Shown: positions 45,568 through 55,058 of the stretch, piece after piece
How positions within the stretch are numbered: the first letter of the stretch is position 1
Layout of the letters: the number at the start of each line of letters is the position of its first letter
Assembly (NCBI GenBank): GCA_023267655.1
Contig: JAHFMV010000001.1
Coordinates: forward strand, 95,954 to 159,953
DNA length: 64,000 nt
Direction of reading: 5' to 3'
From: Candidatus Kaiserbacteria bacterium
GTDB lineage: Bacteria; Patescibacteriota; Minisyncoccia; Phycocordibacterales; UBA2100
Translations under genes and position numbers: made by a program
Notes under the pieces: model-generated
Seen by the model: the letters and a program-made list of their open reading frames with translations, nothing else
Told to the model about the DNA's origin: nothing
The model's database searches: none

Positions 45568-47667
45568 TTATGCGTTTATGGCAAGAATTTTTTCGAGTTC
45601 TGCGATTGAGACCGGTTTCGTGAGATGGAAATCAAATCCGGCTTCAATCGCGCGTTGTTTGTCGTCGTCTTGACCGTAGCCGGTGAGTGCGACGAGGATG
45701 GGTTGCGGATTTAAATAGTGGCGCAACTTGCGTGCAATGTCATAGCCGCTCTCTCCGGGGAGCCCGATATCAAGGAAGATGATGTCGGGACGGAACTCGC
45801 CGAGTTCTTTGAAGGCGCTTAATGCGTCGTGTGCAATGCGCGCGTGGTGGCCGGAATGATTGAGGAGTTGCGCAATTGCTCGTGCGGCGTCCTCGTTATC
45901 ATCGACGATGAGTATTGAGCGCTTACTCTTTTTTGGAAGATTCCACATGTGCTGCGGTGGTGCTGGGGCTTGAGGTTGCGGCGGCGGCCGCGCAGCGGCC
46001 GCCGCTCGGCCACGTGCCTCGGTAAGGAGCATGTCCGTCACCGTCGGCAACCACACGACGAATTCGCTCCCGGCTCCCTCACCGTCACTTTTTGCCTCGA
46101 TAGTGCCGCCGTGCAATTCGATAAATCGCTTGGAAAGTGAAAGTCCGATGCCGAGGCCGGAGGTGCCACTCTCGCCCGCGTGAACTTGCCGGAATGGTTC
46201 AAAAATCGCGATTAGCATATCTTTCGGAAGCCCAATGCCATTGTCGCGAATGGCGACTTGGACGCCATTATGCAACCGCATCGCCAACAACATGATCGTG
46301 CCACCGGGATTTGTGTATTTTGCTGCGTTATTTAATAAGTTGACGAACACTTGTTCGAGACGTAGTGGATCTGCATCAACCCAGATGGCATCCGATGGCA
46401 CGTTCATCGTGAGCGTATGATTTCTCTTCCTGATACTGTCGCGCGCCGTCGTCGCGGAATGCATGAGGACATCTTGCAGTCGCACGCGCGAGATCTGAAG
46501 CGTGAATTTCTTGCGCGAAATACGCGTCATGTCGAGGAGGTCATCCAGAAGACGCGTCATGCGCGCGACCTGTTCATACATGGTATTGAAAAGCGGTTTG
46601 AATTCATGACCGTCCGCGACTTTGAGGCGCAGTAATTCGAGCGAGCTTACGACGGGTGCGAGAGGATTGCGCAACTCGTGCGAAAGGATTGCGATAAATT
46701 CATTTTTCGCTTTGTCATCTTCCGAGATTTGTTCAAAATCTTCTTCCAACTCAACGACGTGTTCTTTCAGGCTGTCCGTCGCTTTTTTGCGTTCTTCCAC
46801 GGTTGTGGTGAATAGGAGGGAAATCATCGCAACGGTCGCGAGGAAGATCTGGAGATAGAGAATTTCGTTGATGCCGGTCGATCCTGAAAAAGGCCCGAGA
46901 CCCATGAATGTCCCGGAAATGGCAAGTGTCGCGACAGTCGCGACACCGATCGTCATAAAGCGTGGACCAACGCGCAGCGCCCCCCACGTCAGCGGGATGA
47001 AAATAAGATAGGGTGAGGTGAAATCTTGTATACCCGGAATCGGATCCCAGAACACGAGGATGCACGTGAAAATAAGCGCGCAAAAAAAGGCAACATTTTC
47101 GACCCACTGTGCGAGCGAACGTCGAACCATGTAAATCGGCCGTGCAAACCATTTGAGAAGGAATGGCCCAATGATGAGGGCGCCGATCACATCGCCGATC
47201 CACCACGTGAGCGACGTGATAGGGAGGTCAGCCGCGCGCAGCGTGCCGGCGATGCCGAGCATGACGGGGCCGATGACGGCGCTCACAAACGGTGTCGCAA
47301 CCGCAACGGCAATAAAACCGATACTGTCTCTCAAGCGATCAAAAATCGGCCGGAATCCCAAACTGCGCAAAAGGTACACACCGAGGAGTGCCTCGATCGA
47401 ATTTCCAAGCCCGATACCGGCAGCGGCTATGACGGGAGCGCCGAAAACAATGTTGACAATAAACGCCGCGACACCGATCGCGGGCAAAAGGCGAAAGCCT
47501 CCGAAGTAGATCGCGGCGAGCGCAATGCCGGTCGGTGGCCAAATCGGTGCGGCAAAGGTGTTGACCGACGCAAGGCTTAGTCCCCAATATGCCGAGAAAT
47601 AATACGCACAAAACACGACTGCAAGCTGCAGCGCATAGGTCAAATAGAAGACCGGAGAGTTTTTCAT
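45568..47667 (-). CDS. hybrid sensor histidine kinase/response regulator with polytopic N-terminal membrane sensor domain
   Basis: About eight TM helices; H-box SHELRNPL; HATPase motifs (NAAKYT, DNGIGL, GTSGLGIGL); C-terminal REC (ILIVDDNED...DIIFLDIGLPG); start trimmed to MKNSPVFY. Confidence 0.8.
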   Translation of the reverse strand: MKNSPVFYLTYALQLAVVFCAYYFSAYWGLSLASVNTFAAPIWPPTGIALAAIYFGGFRLLPAIGVAAFIVNIVFGAPVIAAAGIGLGNSIEALLGVYLLRSLGFRPIFDRLRDSIGFIAVAVATPFVSAVIGPVMLGIAGTLRAADLPITSLTWWIGDVIGALIIGPFLLKWFARPIYMVRRSLAQWVENVAFFCALIFTCILVFWDPIPGIQDFTSPYLIFIPLTWGALRVGPRFMTIGVATVATLAISGTFMGLGPFSGSTGINEILYLQIFLATVAMISLLFTTTVEERKKATDSLKEHVVELEEDFEQISEDDKAKNEFIAILSHELRNPLAPVVSSLELLRLKVADGHEFKPLFNTMYEQVARMTRLLDDLLDMTRISRKKFTLQISRVRLQDVLMHSATTARDSIRKRNHTLTMNVPSDAIWVDADPLRLEQVFVNLLNNAAKYTNPGGTIMLLAMRLHNGVQVAIRDNGIGLPKDMLIAIFEPFRQVHAGESGTSGLGIGLSLSKRFIELHGGTIEAKSDGEGAGSEFVVWLPTVTDMLLTEARGRAAAAARPPPQPQAPAPPQHMWNLPKKSKRSILIVDDNEDAARAIAQLLNHSGHHARIAHDALSAFKELGEFRPDIIFLDIGLPGESGYDIARKLRHYLNPQPILVALTGYGQDDDKQRAIEAGFDFHLTKPVSIAELEKILAINA

Positions 47668-47762
47668 CGCGAGACGGCGTAGCCCTCCCCAAGGCTCCCG
47701 TCTCTTCATTCTACCGCAATTCCGCTCCTGCGGGACAGGCGGTTTTGTGTAATAATGTCCGC

Positions 47763-48356
47763 ATGGTAATTGGCAAGCAAGATCACTTGGCGGTGCGCAC
47801 GCACGAAAAGATGGTTGAGGTTTTGAAAAATCCGGACGCACCAGGACCGGAAGTGCACTACTACATGATTCGAGGTGGTAGTGACATGCGCAATGTCACG
47901 GTGTGGGAGCCGGGAAAAGTCGGCGACGAATACATCAAAACCTACGGCCACTACCACATAGGACAACTCGATGAGACGTACTGGTTTTTGCTCGGAAGTG
48001 GTGTCGCGCTGCAGCAAAAATTAGTTGAGATCGATGGCGTACCGCAACCGGATCGCGTCGCGGAATTCAAAGCAGTGCCGGTCAAAAGTGGCGACTCGTT
48101 GTATATGCCGCCCGGGTATGGGCATCTTGTGGCGAATGTAGGGACTACCTACATGGTTACCGCCGATGACTCACCGGTTGATTTTGGTGACAAAGACCCC
48201 GTTTCGATGCCCGGGCACGCCGACTACGAAATGGTGAAAAAAATGCGCGGCTTTGCGTATTATGTGATCGAGCACAACGGCGCTCCCGCGCTCGTCAAAA
48301 ATCCACTCTACACAGAAATTCAAAAAGAAGATTTCGGCGGATTGCCCGTCATGTGA
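47763..48356 (+). CDS. cupin-type glucose-6-phosphate isomerase (archaeal-type cPGI)
   Basis: Cupin metal-binding motif TYGHYH...E and GYGHLVANVG; length ~197 aa after trimming to MVIGKQDHL. Confidence 0.65.
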   Translation: MVIGKQDHLAVRTHEKMVEVLKNPDAPGPEVHYYMIRGGSDMRNVTVWEPGKVGDEYIKTYGHYHIGQLDETYWFLLGSGVALQQKLVEIDGVPQPDRVAEFKAVPVKSGDSLYMPPGYGHLVANVGTTYMVTADDSPVDFGDKDPVSMPGHADYEMVKKMRGFAYYVIEHNGAPALVKNPLYTEIQKEDFGGLPVM

Positions 48357-49156
48357 TGTGCTGCTAGGAATGTGTCGATCGCCGCACAGAGCTGCGGTAT
48401 GTAGTTATGCACCAAAATATGATCGGCGCCCTCAATCGCAACGAGTTGCGCGTGCGGTAGTATGGTCCGAATTATTTCTGAGTTTTCAAAGGGGAAGTAA
48501 CCGTCGCGCGTGCCGTGGATCAACAAAAGTGGCATCTGTAACATCAAAAGTTTGTTGCGGACGTCGAGGCCGAGCATGTTGAACGCTGCATAGCAATACA
48601 TGCGGAAGCCGGTGGTGCGCAGATCGCGCGAAATTGCAACGATGTCGTATTCGCTGCGCTGCTGATATCGCACATAATCCACGCGCCCACCACGAGGCAT
48701 CGGTAGCGGAAAATACTGGAGTACAGGAGAAAGCGCAAGTGCAATCTTCAATACACGCTCCGCGAATCGGCGTCCCGTCTGGACCGCGGGGCTGATGAGA
48801 ACGCACGCAGACGCCACTTGAGAGTTGCGCGCCACATATTCAATGGCAAAGAGCGTCGCAAACGAATGTGCGATCAGGACGCACGTCGTGATGTTGCAGT
48901 GCCGTAAGAGGCGATCGAGATCTTCGATGTAAGAGGAAAGTGCATAATCTCGCAGATGCGGAGGGCGTTGTGACAAGCCATGTCCGCGGATATCGTACGT
49001 AAGGATGTTGTACGAGAGTTCAAAATGTTTTTCATACAATGCCCAAGCCGACGAACTGCCCGAGAGCCCGTGGATAAAGACGAGTGTCGGACGGGCGGGC
49101 TTGAACGCATTCGTGCGGTATGCGATTCCGCGCTCTTCAAAGAAATGTTCGTTCAT
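48320..49156 (-). CDS. alpha/beta-fold hydrolase
   Basis: HGLSGS oxyanion region, nucleophile elbow IAHSFA, C-terminal GADH motif. Confidence 0.75.
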   Translation of the reverse strand: MNEHFFEERGIAYRTNAFKPARPTLVFIHGLSGSSSAWALYEKHFELSYNILTYDIRGHGLSQRPPHLRDYALSSYIEDLDRLLRHCNITTCVLIAHSFATLFAIEYVARNSQVASACVLISPAVQTGRRFAERVLKIALALSPVLQYFPLPMPRGGRVDYVRYQQRSEYDIVAISRDLRTTGFRMYCYAAFNMLGLDVRNKLLMLQMPLLLIHGTRDGYFPFENSEIIRTILPHAQLVAIEGADHILVHNYIPQLCAAIDTFLAAHHMTGNPPKSSF

Positions 49157-50322
49157 GATAGGACTCGGTAATACACTTCTTCGATTCTCTCGACGCTTCG
49201 GTTAATGTCATAGTTTTTTATTTTCTCGAGATTCGCCTCTTTCATAGATTTGAGAAGCACGGGATCGCGTAGGATACGAATTGCTTCTGCTGCTAAGTGT
49301 TTGTGATCGCCCGGGCGAAAGAGCGCGCCATTACCGTCAACGAAGTGTTTTGCCGCGCTCTCTGGTGAGTCGGCAACCAGGATGGGCGCTCCGACCGACA
49401 TGGCCTCCAAAACTGCCATTCCTTCCAACTCCGCAAGAGACGGCATAACAAATAGATCCGCAGCGCTGTACGCTTGAATGAGATCATCATCGTCTACGCG
49501 GCCAGTCATGGTGACCTTGTCCGTAACCCCGAGATTTTTAGCCAGTTTTGCAAGGGCCGTCTCCATGTGGCCGAAGCCGACGATAATGAGATGCACGTTA
49601 AGGTTACTCTGGAGCATCAGAGGGATTGCGCGTATGAGTGTCGAGATACTTTTTTCAGGATGGATGCGCCCGACGAACACGATGTACTGACGACCGGGCG
49701 GAATGTTGTATTTTGCAAAAAATGGCGCGGGATTGCGTCGGCTAAAATACGCGGCATCAACGCCGTTACTGATCACGTGCGTTTCCGAAAGCATGAGCGT
49801 TGAGAATTTCAGCCGCGAAAACTCCGACGGATGGATGATTGCCTCCGCTCGCCGGTAGATCCAATGCAGGTACCGGTAAAAAATACCACTGATCGTTTTG
49901 ATTGGCAGGAATTTCGGCAGATGTAAGAAGAGATTATCAGGTTGTGTGTGGGAATGTGCGACGACAGGAATGGAGAGCTTTTCAGCGACGCGTGTTGCCG
50001 TGATGGCAGAAATGGTCGGAATGATGGAATGCACAATATCTATTTTCTCGTCGGTAAATATATCCTCCAGCTGGCGTCGTGACGGGAATCCCAGATACAC
50101 CTGACTCTCTGATTTCGGAATAGGGATCGAGGCAAAGCGATATACTCGCATGCCGTTATACTCGCCGTCCACCGGATTCATCGGTGATCGCGCCGCGATA
50201 AAAATAATCGTGTGTCCACGTTCTTTGAGAAGGTTTGAAAACCGTCGCGTCGAAATAAATGAACCTGCGAGACAGTCGGTGATAGAGTCGCAGATCATTG
50301 CGATGCGCAGTGGACGTTGCAT
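49153..50322 (-). CDS. glycosyltransferase family 4 (GT-B)
   Basis: Start MQRPLRIAMICDSI; C-terminal EX7E-like region (PSLAELEGMAVLEAMSVGAPIL). Confidence 0.8.
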   Translation of the reverse strand: MQRPLRIAMICDSITDCLAGSFISTRRFSNLLKERGHTIIFIAARSPMNPVDGEYNGMRVYRFASIPIPKSESQVYLGFPSRRQLEDIFTDEKIDIVHSIIPTISAITATRVAEKLSIPVVAHSHTQPDNLFLHLPKFLPIKTISGIFYRYLHWIYRRAEAIIHPSEFSRLKFSTLMLSETHVISNGVDAAYFSRRNPAPFFAKYNIPPGRQYIVFVGRIHPEKSISTLIRAIPLMLQSNLNVHLIIVGFGHMETALAKLAKNLGVTDKVTMTGRVDDDDLIQAYSAADLFVMPSLAELEGMAVLEAMSVGAPILVADSPESAAKHFVDGNGALFRPGDHKHLAAEAIRILRDPVLLKSMKEANLEKIKNYDINRSVERIEEVYYRVLS

Positions 50323-50328
50323 GGCGGA

Positions 50329-50904
50329 TTATTGCGCAGGCTGCGATTTTAGCCGATAGATGGCATAGAAAAGACCGGCTGTCAGCGCTCCAACACTAAC
50401 CGCAGCCGCAAAATAACTCAAGTACTGGCCGATAAGAATGTACGCGTGGCCAAAGAGGATGCCTATCATAAGGAGCGCGAACGCCTGTGCTGCGGAGACC
50501 AGAAAACAAGTTCGTACAAAACGCGCATACGGCACGTGCAAGCTTCCCGCCGCAATGAGTCCCGTCATACCGATACCGTGAATCAGTTTGGACGCCATAA
50601 CAGCACGATGGTGATTTTCGTGGAAGAACTTTTTTGCAACTTCGATGCGCTCGGGGGTGAGCGCAATATACTTCCCGAAGCGATGTACAAGCTTGCTTCC
50701 GTAACGTCCGATCGCGTAGCAGCCGCTATCGCCGACGGCATCCCCCGCGACAACCACGAGGTATATCAAGACGGGGTTAAGAAGGCCGAGCGATACGAGA
50801 AACCCGCCGATCACCGTAAGTATCGGCCCCTCGATTATGGCAAAAGGAAAAATGACCAGATAGCCATATAGAGAAACGAGGTGCGCGAGTTGGTCAGGGG
50901 TCAT
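50329..50904 (-). CDS. DedA/SNARE-associated (VTT) family membrane protein
   Basis: DedA motif region (GYLVIFPFAIIEGPILTVIGGFL ... AGDAVGDSGCYAIGRYGSK); start trimmed to MTPDQL to avoid overlap with the GH1 gene. Confidence 0.7.
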   Translation of the reverse strand: MTPDQLAHLVSLYGYLVIFPFAIIEGPILTVIGGFLVSLGLLNPVLIYLVVVAGDAVGDSGCYAIGRYGSKLVHRFGKYIALTPERIEVAKKFFHENHHRAVMASKLIHGIGMTGLIAAGSLHVPYARFVRTCFLVSAAQAFALLMIGILFGHAYILIGQYLSYFAAAVSVGALTAGLFYAIYRLKSQPAQ

Positions 50905-51000
50905 GGATAGCACTAGTATATACGTATTTGAGCCCTTTTCGGATGCATATTCGATCTCCATGCTACGATATATGCAAATTCCGCATGCGGATTTTGGAAT

Positions 51001-52245
51001 ATGACTGTACACAAGAAATTTCCAGACGGATTTTTTTGGGGAGCCGCAACATCCTCCTTTCAAACCGAAGGCGGGATTGAAAATATGGATTGGGCGCAGG
51101 CTGCGCGGGATGGTCTTGTCCCGCCGATTGGCCTCGCGTGTGATCATTACCATCGCTTCGAAGCAGATTTTGATATCGCGAAAAGTCTCGGGCACAACTC
51201 GCATAGGCTTTCTATCGAATGGGCGCGGATCGAACCACAAGAGGGGAAATTCGACGAGAAAGAAATTGAACACTATCGGGCAGTCTTGCGCGCGCTCCGC
51301 GCGCGCGGCCTCGAGCCCTTTGTCACGCTGTGGCACTTCACGCTCCCTTTGTGGTTTTCACAGAGCGGAGGATTCGAACGCACGGATGCGCCTGAAGTCT
51401 TTGCGCGGTATTGCGCGTACGTTGTCGAGCAGTTAGGCGATTTGTGCACGCACTATTCAACGATCAATGAGGCGCTCCCGTATACGTCAAATGGGTGGAG
51501 GCGCGGCACGTGGCCGCCGTTCAAAAAGTGGCCATTTATCGACCGCATCAATCTGCCAGCGTCGTACCGCAACCTTGCGGAAGGAAAAACCGAGAGGAGT
51601 TGGAAAAATATTGCTGCATATTTCCGCGTGCTCCGCTCTCTTGCTCGCGCGCACAACGCTGCGTACGACGGCATAAAAAAAGTGCGACCGGAGTCGGAAG
51701 TTGGCATCGTCCATCACATCGTCCTCTTTGAAGCGAATGGGAATCCGTTCAATATACTGCTCGCATGGTTTGCAAATTGGCATTGGACGTATCATTTTCT
51801 CGCGAAAGTCGAGGAAAAATGCGACGTCTTTGGTCTCAACTACTATCTCTACAAGAAATTCGGCGACATACACGTGTACGAAAAGACCGATATGGATTGG
51901 GATTCATATCCGCAGGGGATTTGCAACGCGCTTCTGATGCTGAAGCGATACGGGAAGCCGGTCTATGTGAGCGAAGCAGGAATTGCGGATGCGGCGGATC
52001 GTATGCGCGCGGACTATATCAAACAGCTCGTGCGCTGCATGCATGCCGCAATCAAAAAGGGCGTCGATGTTCGCGGTTACATGTACTGGTCGCTTCTCGA
52101 TAACTACGAGCTTGCGCAAGGCTATACCAAACGCTTTGGGCTCGTGGAAGTGAATTTTGAGACGCAGGAGCGCAAGATCAGGCCGTCAGCGTACGTGTAT
52201 AAGCAGATCATTGAGGCAAATGCGCTGGTAGACCCCGTTAGATAG
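51001..52245 (+). CDS. glycoside hydrolase family 1 beta-glucosidase
   Basis: GH1 signatures (FPDGFFWGAATSSFQTEGG, acid/base region TINEA.., nucleophile YVSEAGIAD). Confidence 0.8.
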   Translation: MTVHKKFPDGFFWGAATSSFQTEGGIENMDWAQAARDGLVPPIGLACDHYHRFEADFDIAKSLGHNSHRLSIEWARIEPQEGKFDEKEIEHYRAVLRALRARGLEPFVTLWHFTLPLWFSQSGGFERTDAPEVFARYCAYVVEQLGDLCTHYSTINEALPYTSNGWRRGTWPPFKKWPFIDRINLPASYRNLAEGKTERSWKNIAAYFRVLRSLARAHNAAYDGIKKVRPESEVGIVHHIVLFEANGNPFNILLAWFANWHWTYHFLAKVEEKCDVFGLNYYLYKKFGDIHVYEKTDMDWDSYPQGICNALLMLKRYGKPVYVSEAGIADAADRMRADYIKQLVRCMHAAIKKGVDVRGYMYWSLLDNYELAQGYTKRFGLVEVNFETQERKIRPSAYVYKQIIEANALVDPVR

Positions 52246-52338
52246 AAGCGTCGACACGGCAAACTAATGTTTATTCACCTGTACACATCATTACAGTCAC
52301 GACATTTGTTAGGCTATCTAACGGGGTAGAATGAGGTA

Positions 52339-53232
52339 ATGACCACGTGGGTACTACTTGCGATCTGCGCGCAGGCGATTGCGGCTGTGGTGACGTATGT
52401 CGATCGTCATGTCCTTACGCACGGAAAGGGAATCGGAAAACCGATCGCGTATGCGTTTTATGTCGCGCTCCTCTCGGGCTTTGTCGTTGTATTGCTTCCG
52501 TTTGGCGTCGTCGATGCACCCAGCCTCCTCGTTCTTGAACTTTCGACCATAAATGCGGTTGCATTCGTCACATCACTCTACTTTTTATATTCGGCGCTCA
52601 AAGAAGGGCACGCATCGGATGTCATGCCGGTCGTGGCAGCTGTCTCCGCGATCGCATCGTTCGTGTTTGCGAGCCAGTGGCTCGAAGAACACTTGCCGCC
52701 GTATTTTCTGCTCGCGGCGCTCCTTTTCGTCGCCGGCACATTTCTCATCTCGCGCTACCGTTTTACCCGTCGGCAACTCTTGTTTGTGGTCGCCGCCGGG
52801 TTCCTTTTCGGTGTGACTGCATTCACATTCAAACTTGTATTTGATCACACGACATTTGTAAACGGATTCTTTTGGACACGCATGTTTGATGTCGCTATCG
52901 CAGGCGTTTTGTTCCTCATCCCTTCAGTTCGCGCGCAGATACTCCATGGTTCCAAGCAATCCAGCCATGGCACGAAATGGCTTGTCGTTGGTAATAAAGT
53001 GCTTGCGGGAGCTGCGGCGATACTCACGCAATTGGCGATCTCGAAGGGGAGCGTCTCGATCGTGAATGCGATGTCAGGTCTCCAATTTGCGTTTCTGCTC
53101 ATCATCGCTTTTTTGTTTGCGTCCTACTTTCCTCAAGCGCTGCGCGGCGAAATTGAGCACGCGGGTATACGTCACAAGATTTTTGGCATCGCCCTCATCG
53201 TCCTCGGCATGGCGGCGCTGTATATCGCATGA
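52339..53232 (+). CDS. polytopic membrane protein (DMT/EamA-like, putative)
   Basis: 297 aa with ~10 TM helices in two halves. Confidence 0.45.
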   Translation: MTTWVLLAICAQAIAAVVTYVDRHVLTHGKGIGKPIAYAFYVALLSGFVVVLLPFGVVDAPSLLVLELSTINAVAFVTSLYFLYSALKEGHASDVMPVVAAVSAIASFVFASQWLEEHLPPYFLLAALLFVAGTFLISRYRFTRRQLLFVVAAGFLFGVTAFTFKLVFDHTTFVNGFFWTRMFDVAIAGVLFLIPSVRAQILHGSKQSSHGTKWLVVGNKVLAGAAAILTQLAISKGSVSIVNAMSGLQFAFLLIIAFLFASYFPQALRGEIEHAGIRHKIFGIALIVLGMAALYIA

Positions 53233-54212
53233 ACATTCTAAAAAGAATCTGTATCGGAGTCCTTGCCATTGTTGCAGTGATATTTATACTTTCGCTACGT
53301 ACAATCCCTTCGCACATCGAGTACGGTGTCTCGTTCAGTAAACTACACTCTGACGAACTCGGCCTGGATTGGAAGGCAACCTATCTTGCGATCCTTAATG
53401 ACCTCAAAGTAAAGCGACTGCGGCTCAGTGCGCATTGGCCGATGGTTGAGCCGGAGGCAGGTGTTTTTCATTTCAGTGAGCTTGATTTCCAAATGCGCGA
53501 AGCCGCAGCGCATAACGCGAAGGTGATCCTTGCCGTAGGCCGCAAGACCCCAGGGTGGCCGGAATGCCACACGCCGGATTGGGCCGCAAGCTTCTCAGAA
53601 GAGAAAGAGCACGCGGCGCGACTGGAATACATTACTGCGGTCGTGAATCGGTATAAAAATTCTCCCGCGCTCGATATGTGGCAAGTCGAGAACGAGCCGT
53701 TTTTAAATTACGCACGCACGATCTGCGGGCAGCCGGATGAGGGATTTTTTGCCGATGAGATAGCTCTGGTAAAAAAGATTGACTCAAAGCACAAAATACT
53801 GGTCACCGATGGCGGTGAATTCGGCACCTGGTACAAAGCTCGCTCGTATGGCGACGTATTTGGCTCGACGATGTATCTGTATGTGTATTCATCGCATATC
53901 GGCTACTGGAGATATCCAATCGGCGGGTGGTTCTTCCGCGCAAAGCAAAATCTATTCGATCTTTTCACGCGCAAGCCGTCGATTTCCATCGAAGTCGGCG
54001 CCGAGCCGTGGCTCAATACGGCAATCGCGGGGACGTCGATCGACGAACAATTGCAGCATATGAACATGGATCGTTTCGGAGACATTCTCTCGGTCGCGCA
54101 AACGAGCGGATTCGCCGAACACTACCTCTGGGGAGCCGAATGGTGGTATTACATGACAAAACACGGCCATTCTGAATTTTGGAACAGCGCGAAAGAGTTA
54201 TTCGGGCACTAA
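53229..54212 (+). CDS. membrane-anchored glycoside hydrolase, TIM-barrel (GH5-like)
   Basis: N-terminal TM helix; WQVENEP acid/base-like motif; aromatic-rich barrel segments. Confidence 0.45.
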   Translation: MNILKRICIGVLAIVAVIFILSLRTIPSHIEYGVSFSKLHSDELGLDWKATYLAILNDLKVKRLRLSAHWPMVEPEAGVFHFSELDFQMREAAAHNAKVILAVGRKTPGWPECHTPDWAASFSEEKEHAARLEYITAVVNRYKNSPALDMWQVENEPFLNYARTICGQPDEGFFADEIALVKKIDSKHKILVTDGGEFGTWYKARSYGDVFGSTMYLYVYSSHIGYWRYPIGGWFFRAKQNLFDLFTRKPSISIEVGAEPWLNTAIAGTSIDEQLQHMNMDRFGDILSVAQTSGFAEHYLWGAEWWYYMTKHGHSEFWNSAKELFGH

Positions 54213-54215
54213 TAA

Positions 54216-54262
54216 TGACATAAGTCCGACTTCCCTCAATGAAGTAAGTCGGACTTATGTCA
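54216..54262. repeat. REP-like perfect hairpin, left flank of the RAYT
   Basis: TGACATAAGTCCGACTT...AAGTCGGACTTATGTCA. Confidence 0.7.
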
Positions 54263-54272
54263 TACTACTCGC

Positions 54273-54977
54273 ATGCGCGTCGAACCTCACGAGATAGATG
54301 CGATCTTGCATGTCGTAAAACGCGGCGCACGGGGCATGGAGATTGTTCGGGATGAAGCAGATCGTCGTCGCTTCGCCGGGCTACTCTTTACACTCAACGA
54401 TGAATATACCGACAGTAACCGTATTCGGAGTACAAGCACATTGCAGATGTTTGAGCGTCCGAATTCGTGGCCGGAGCCGCAACCAATAACGCAGATTCTC
54501 GCATGGACGCTTATGCCTAATCATTTCCACCTTGTCGTAAAAGAGACTCAAGAAGGCGGTATCGCGACTTTCATGCAGAGGCTGTGCGGGAGTATGTCGG
54601 TTGGCTTTAACGCGAAGTACAATGAACAGGGGAGTATTTTTCAGGGCGGATATCGGGGGAAAGTTGTTGATGATGACAACTATCTTCGATACTTGATATT
54701 TTATGTGTTGGTAAAAAACGTAATGGAACTGTATCCCGGTGGGCTTCGCGTCGCAATCCGCGAGTTTGACCGCGCATGGCAATGGGCGCTCGCGTATCCG
54801 TACTCGAGTTTGCCTGTATATGCTCAAAATAAAACATCACCGATTGTTGACAGAACGCTCGCAGACGAGATGTGTAAAAGTGAAGCAGCATTTCGCAATG
54901 AGGCTAAGGAAATGTTGTCGATACACATGGAATCGCGAGCTGAAGATTTAAATGCAGTGTTGCTGGAAGAATGGTGA
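54273..54977 (+). CDS. REP-associated tyrosine transposase (IS200/IS605 TnpA-like HUH)
   Basis: HUH motif (MPNHFHLVV), the RAYT-typical QGGYRG, and a catalytic Tyr region (YLRYLIFYV). Confidence 0.75.
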   Translation: MRVEPHEIDAILHVVKRGARGMEIVRDEADRRRFAGLLFTLNDEYTDSNRIRSTSTLQMFERPNSWPEPQPITQILAWTLMPNHFHLVVKETQEGGIATFMQRLCGSMSVGFNAKYNEQGSIFQGGYRGKVVDDDNYLRYLIFYVLVKNVMELYPGGLRVAIREFDRAWQWALAYPYSSLPVYAQNKTSPIVDRTLADEMCKSEAAFRNEAKEMLSIHMESRAEDLNAVLLEEW

Positions 54978-55022
54978 AGTAAGTCCGACTTACGTCATGA
55001 CGTAAGTCGGACTTACTTCACG
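54975..55022. repeat. REP-like perfect palindrome, right flank of the RAYT
   Basis: GTGAAGTAAGTCCGACTTACGTCATGACGTAAGTCGGACTTACTTCAC. Confidence 0.7.
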
Positions 55023-55058
55023 CTAAACTTTTTACTGATGTTAGTGCACAATAGGGAC

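Larger units (their letters stand above)
54216..55022 (+). mobile_element. REP-associated tyrosine transposase unit (RAYT flanked by REP hairpins)
   Basis: IS200/HUH-type transposase gene flanked by two hairpins sharing the core AAGTCCGACTT. Confidence 0.7.

Noticed and set aside
50905-51336. N-terminal 144 codons of the 335-aa minus ORF upstream of the DedA domain
   Set aside because: They overlap the well-supported plus-strand GH1 gene; the DedA homology begins at MTPDQL (50904), so the extension is spurious.
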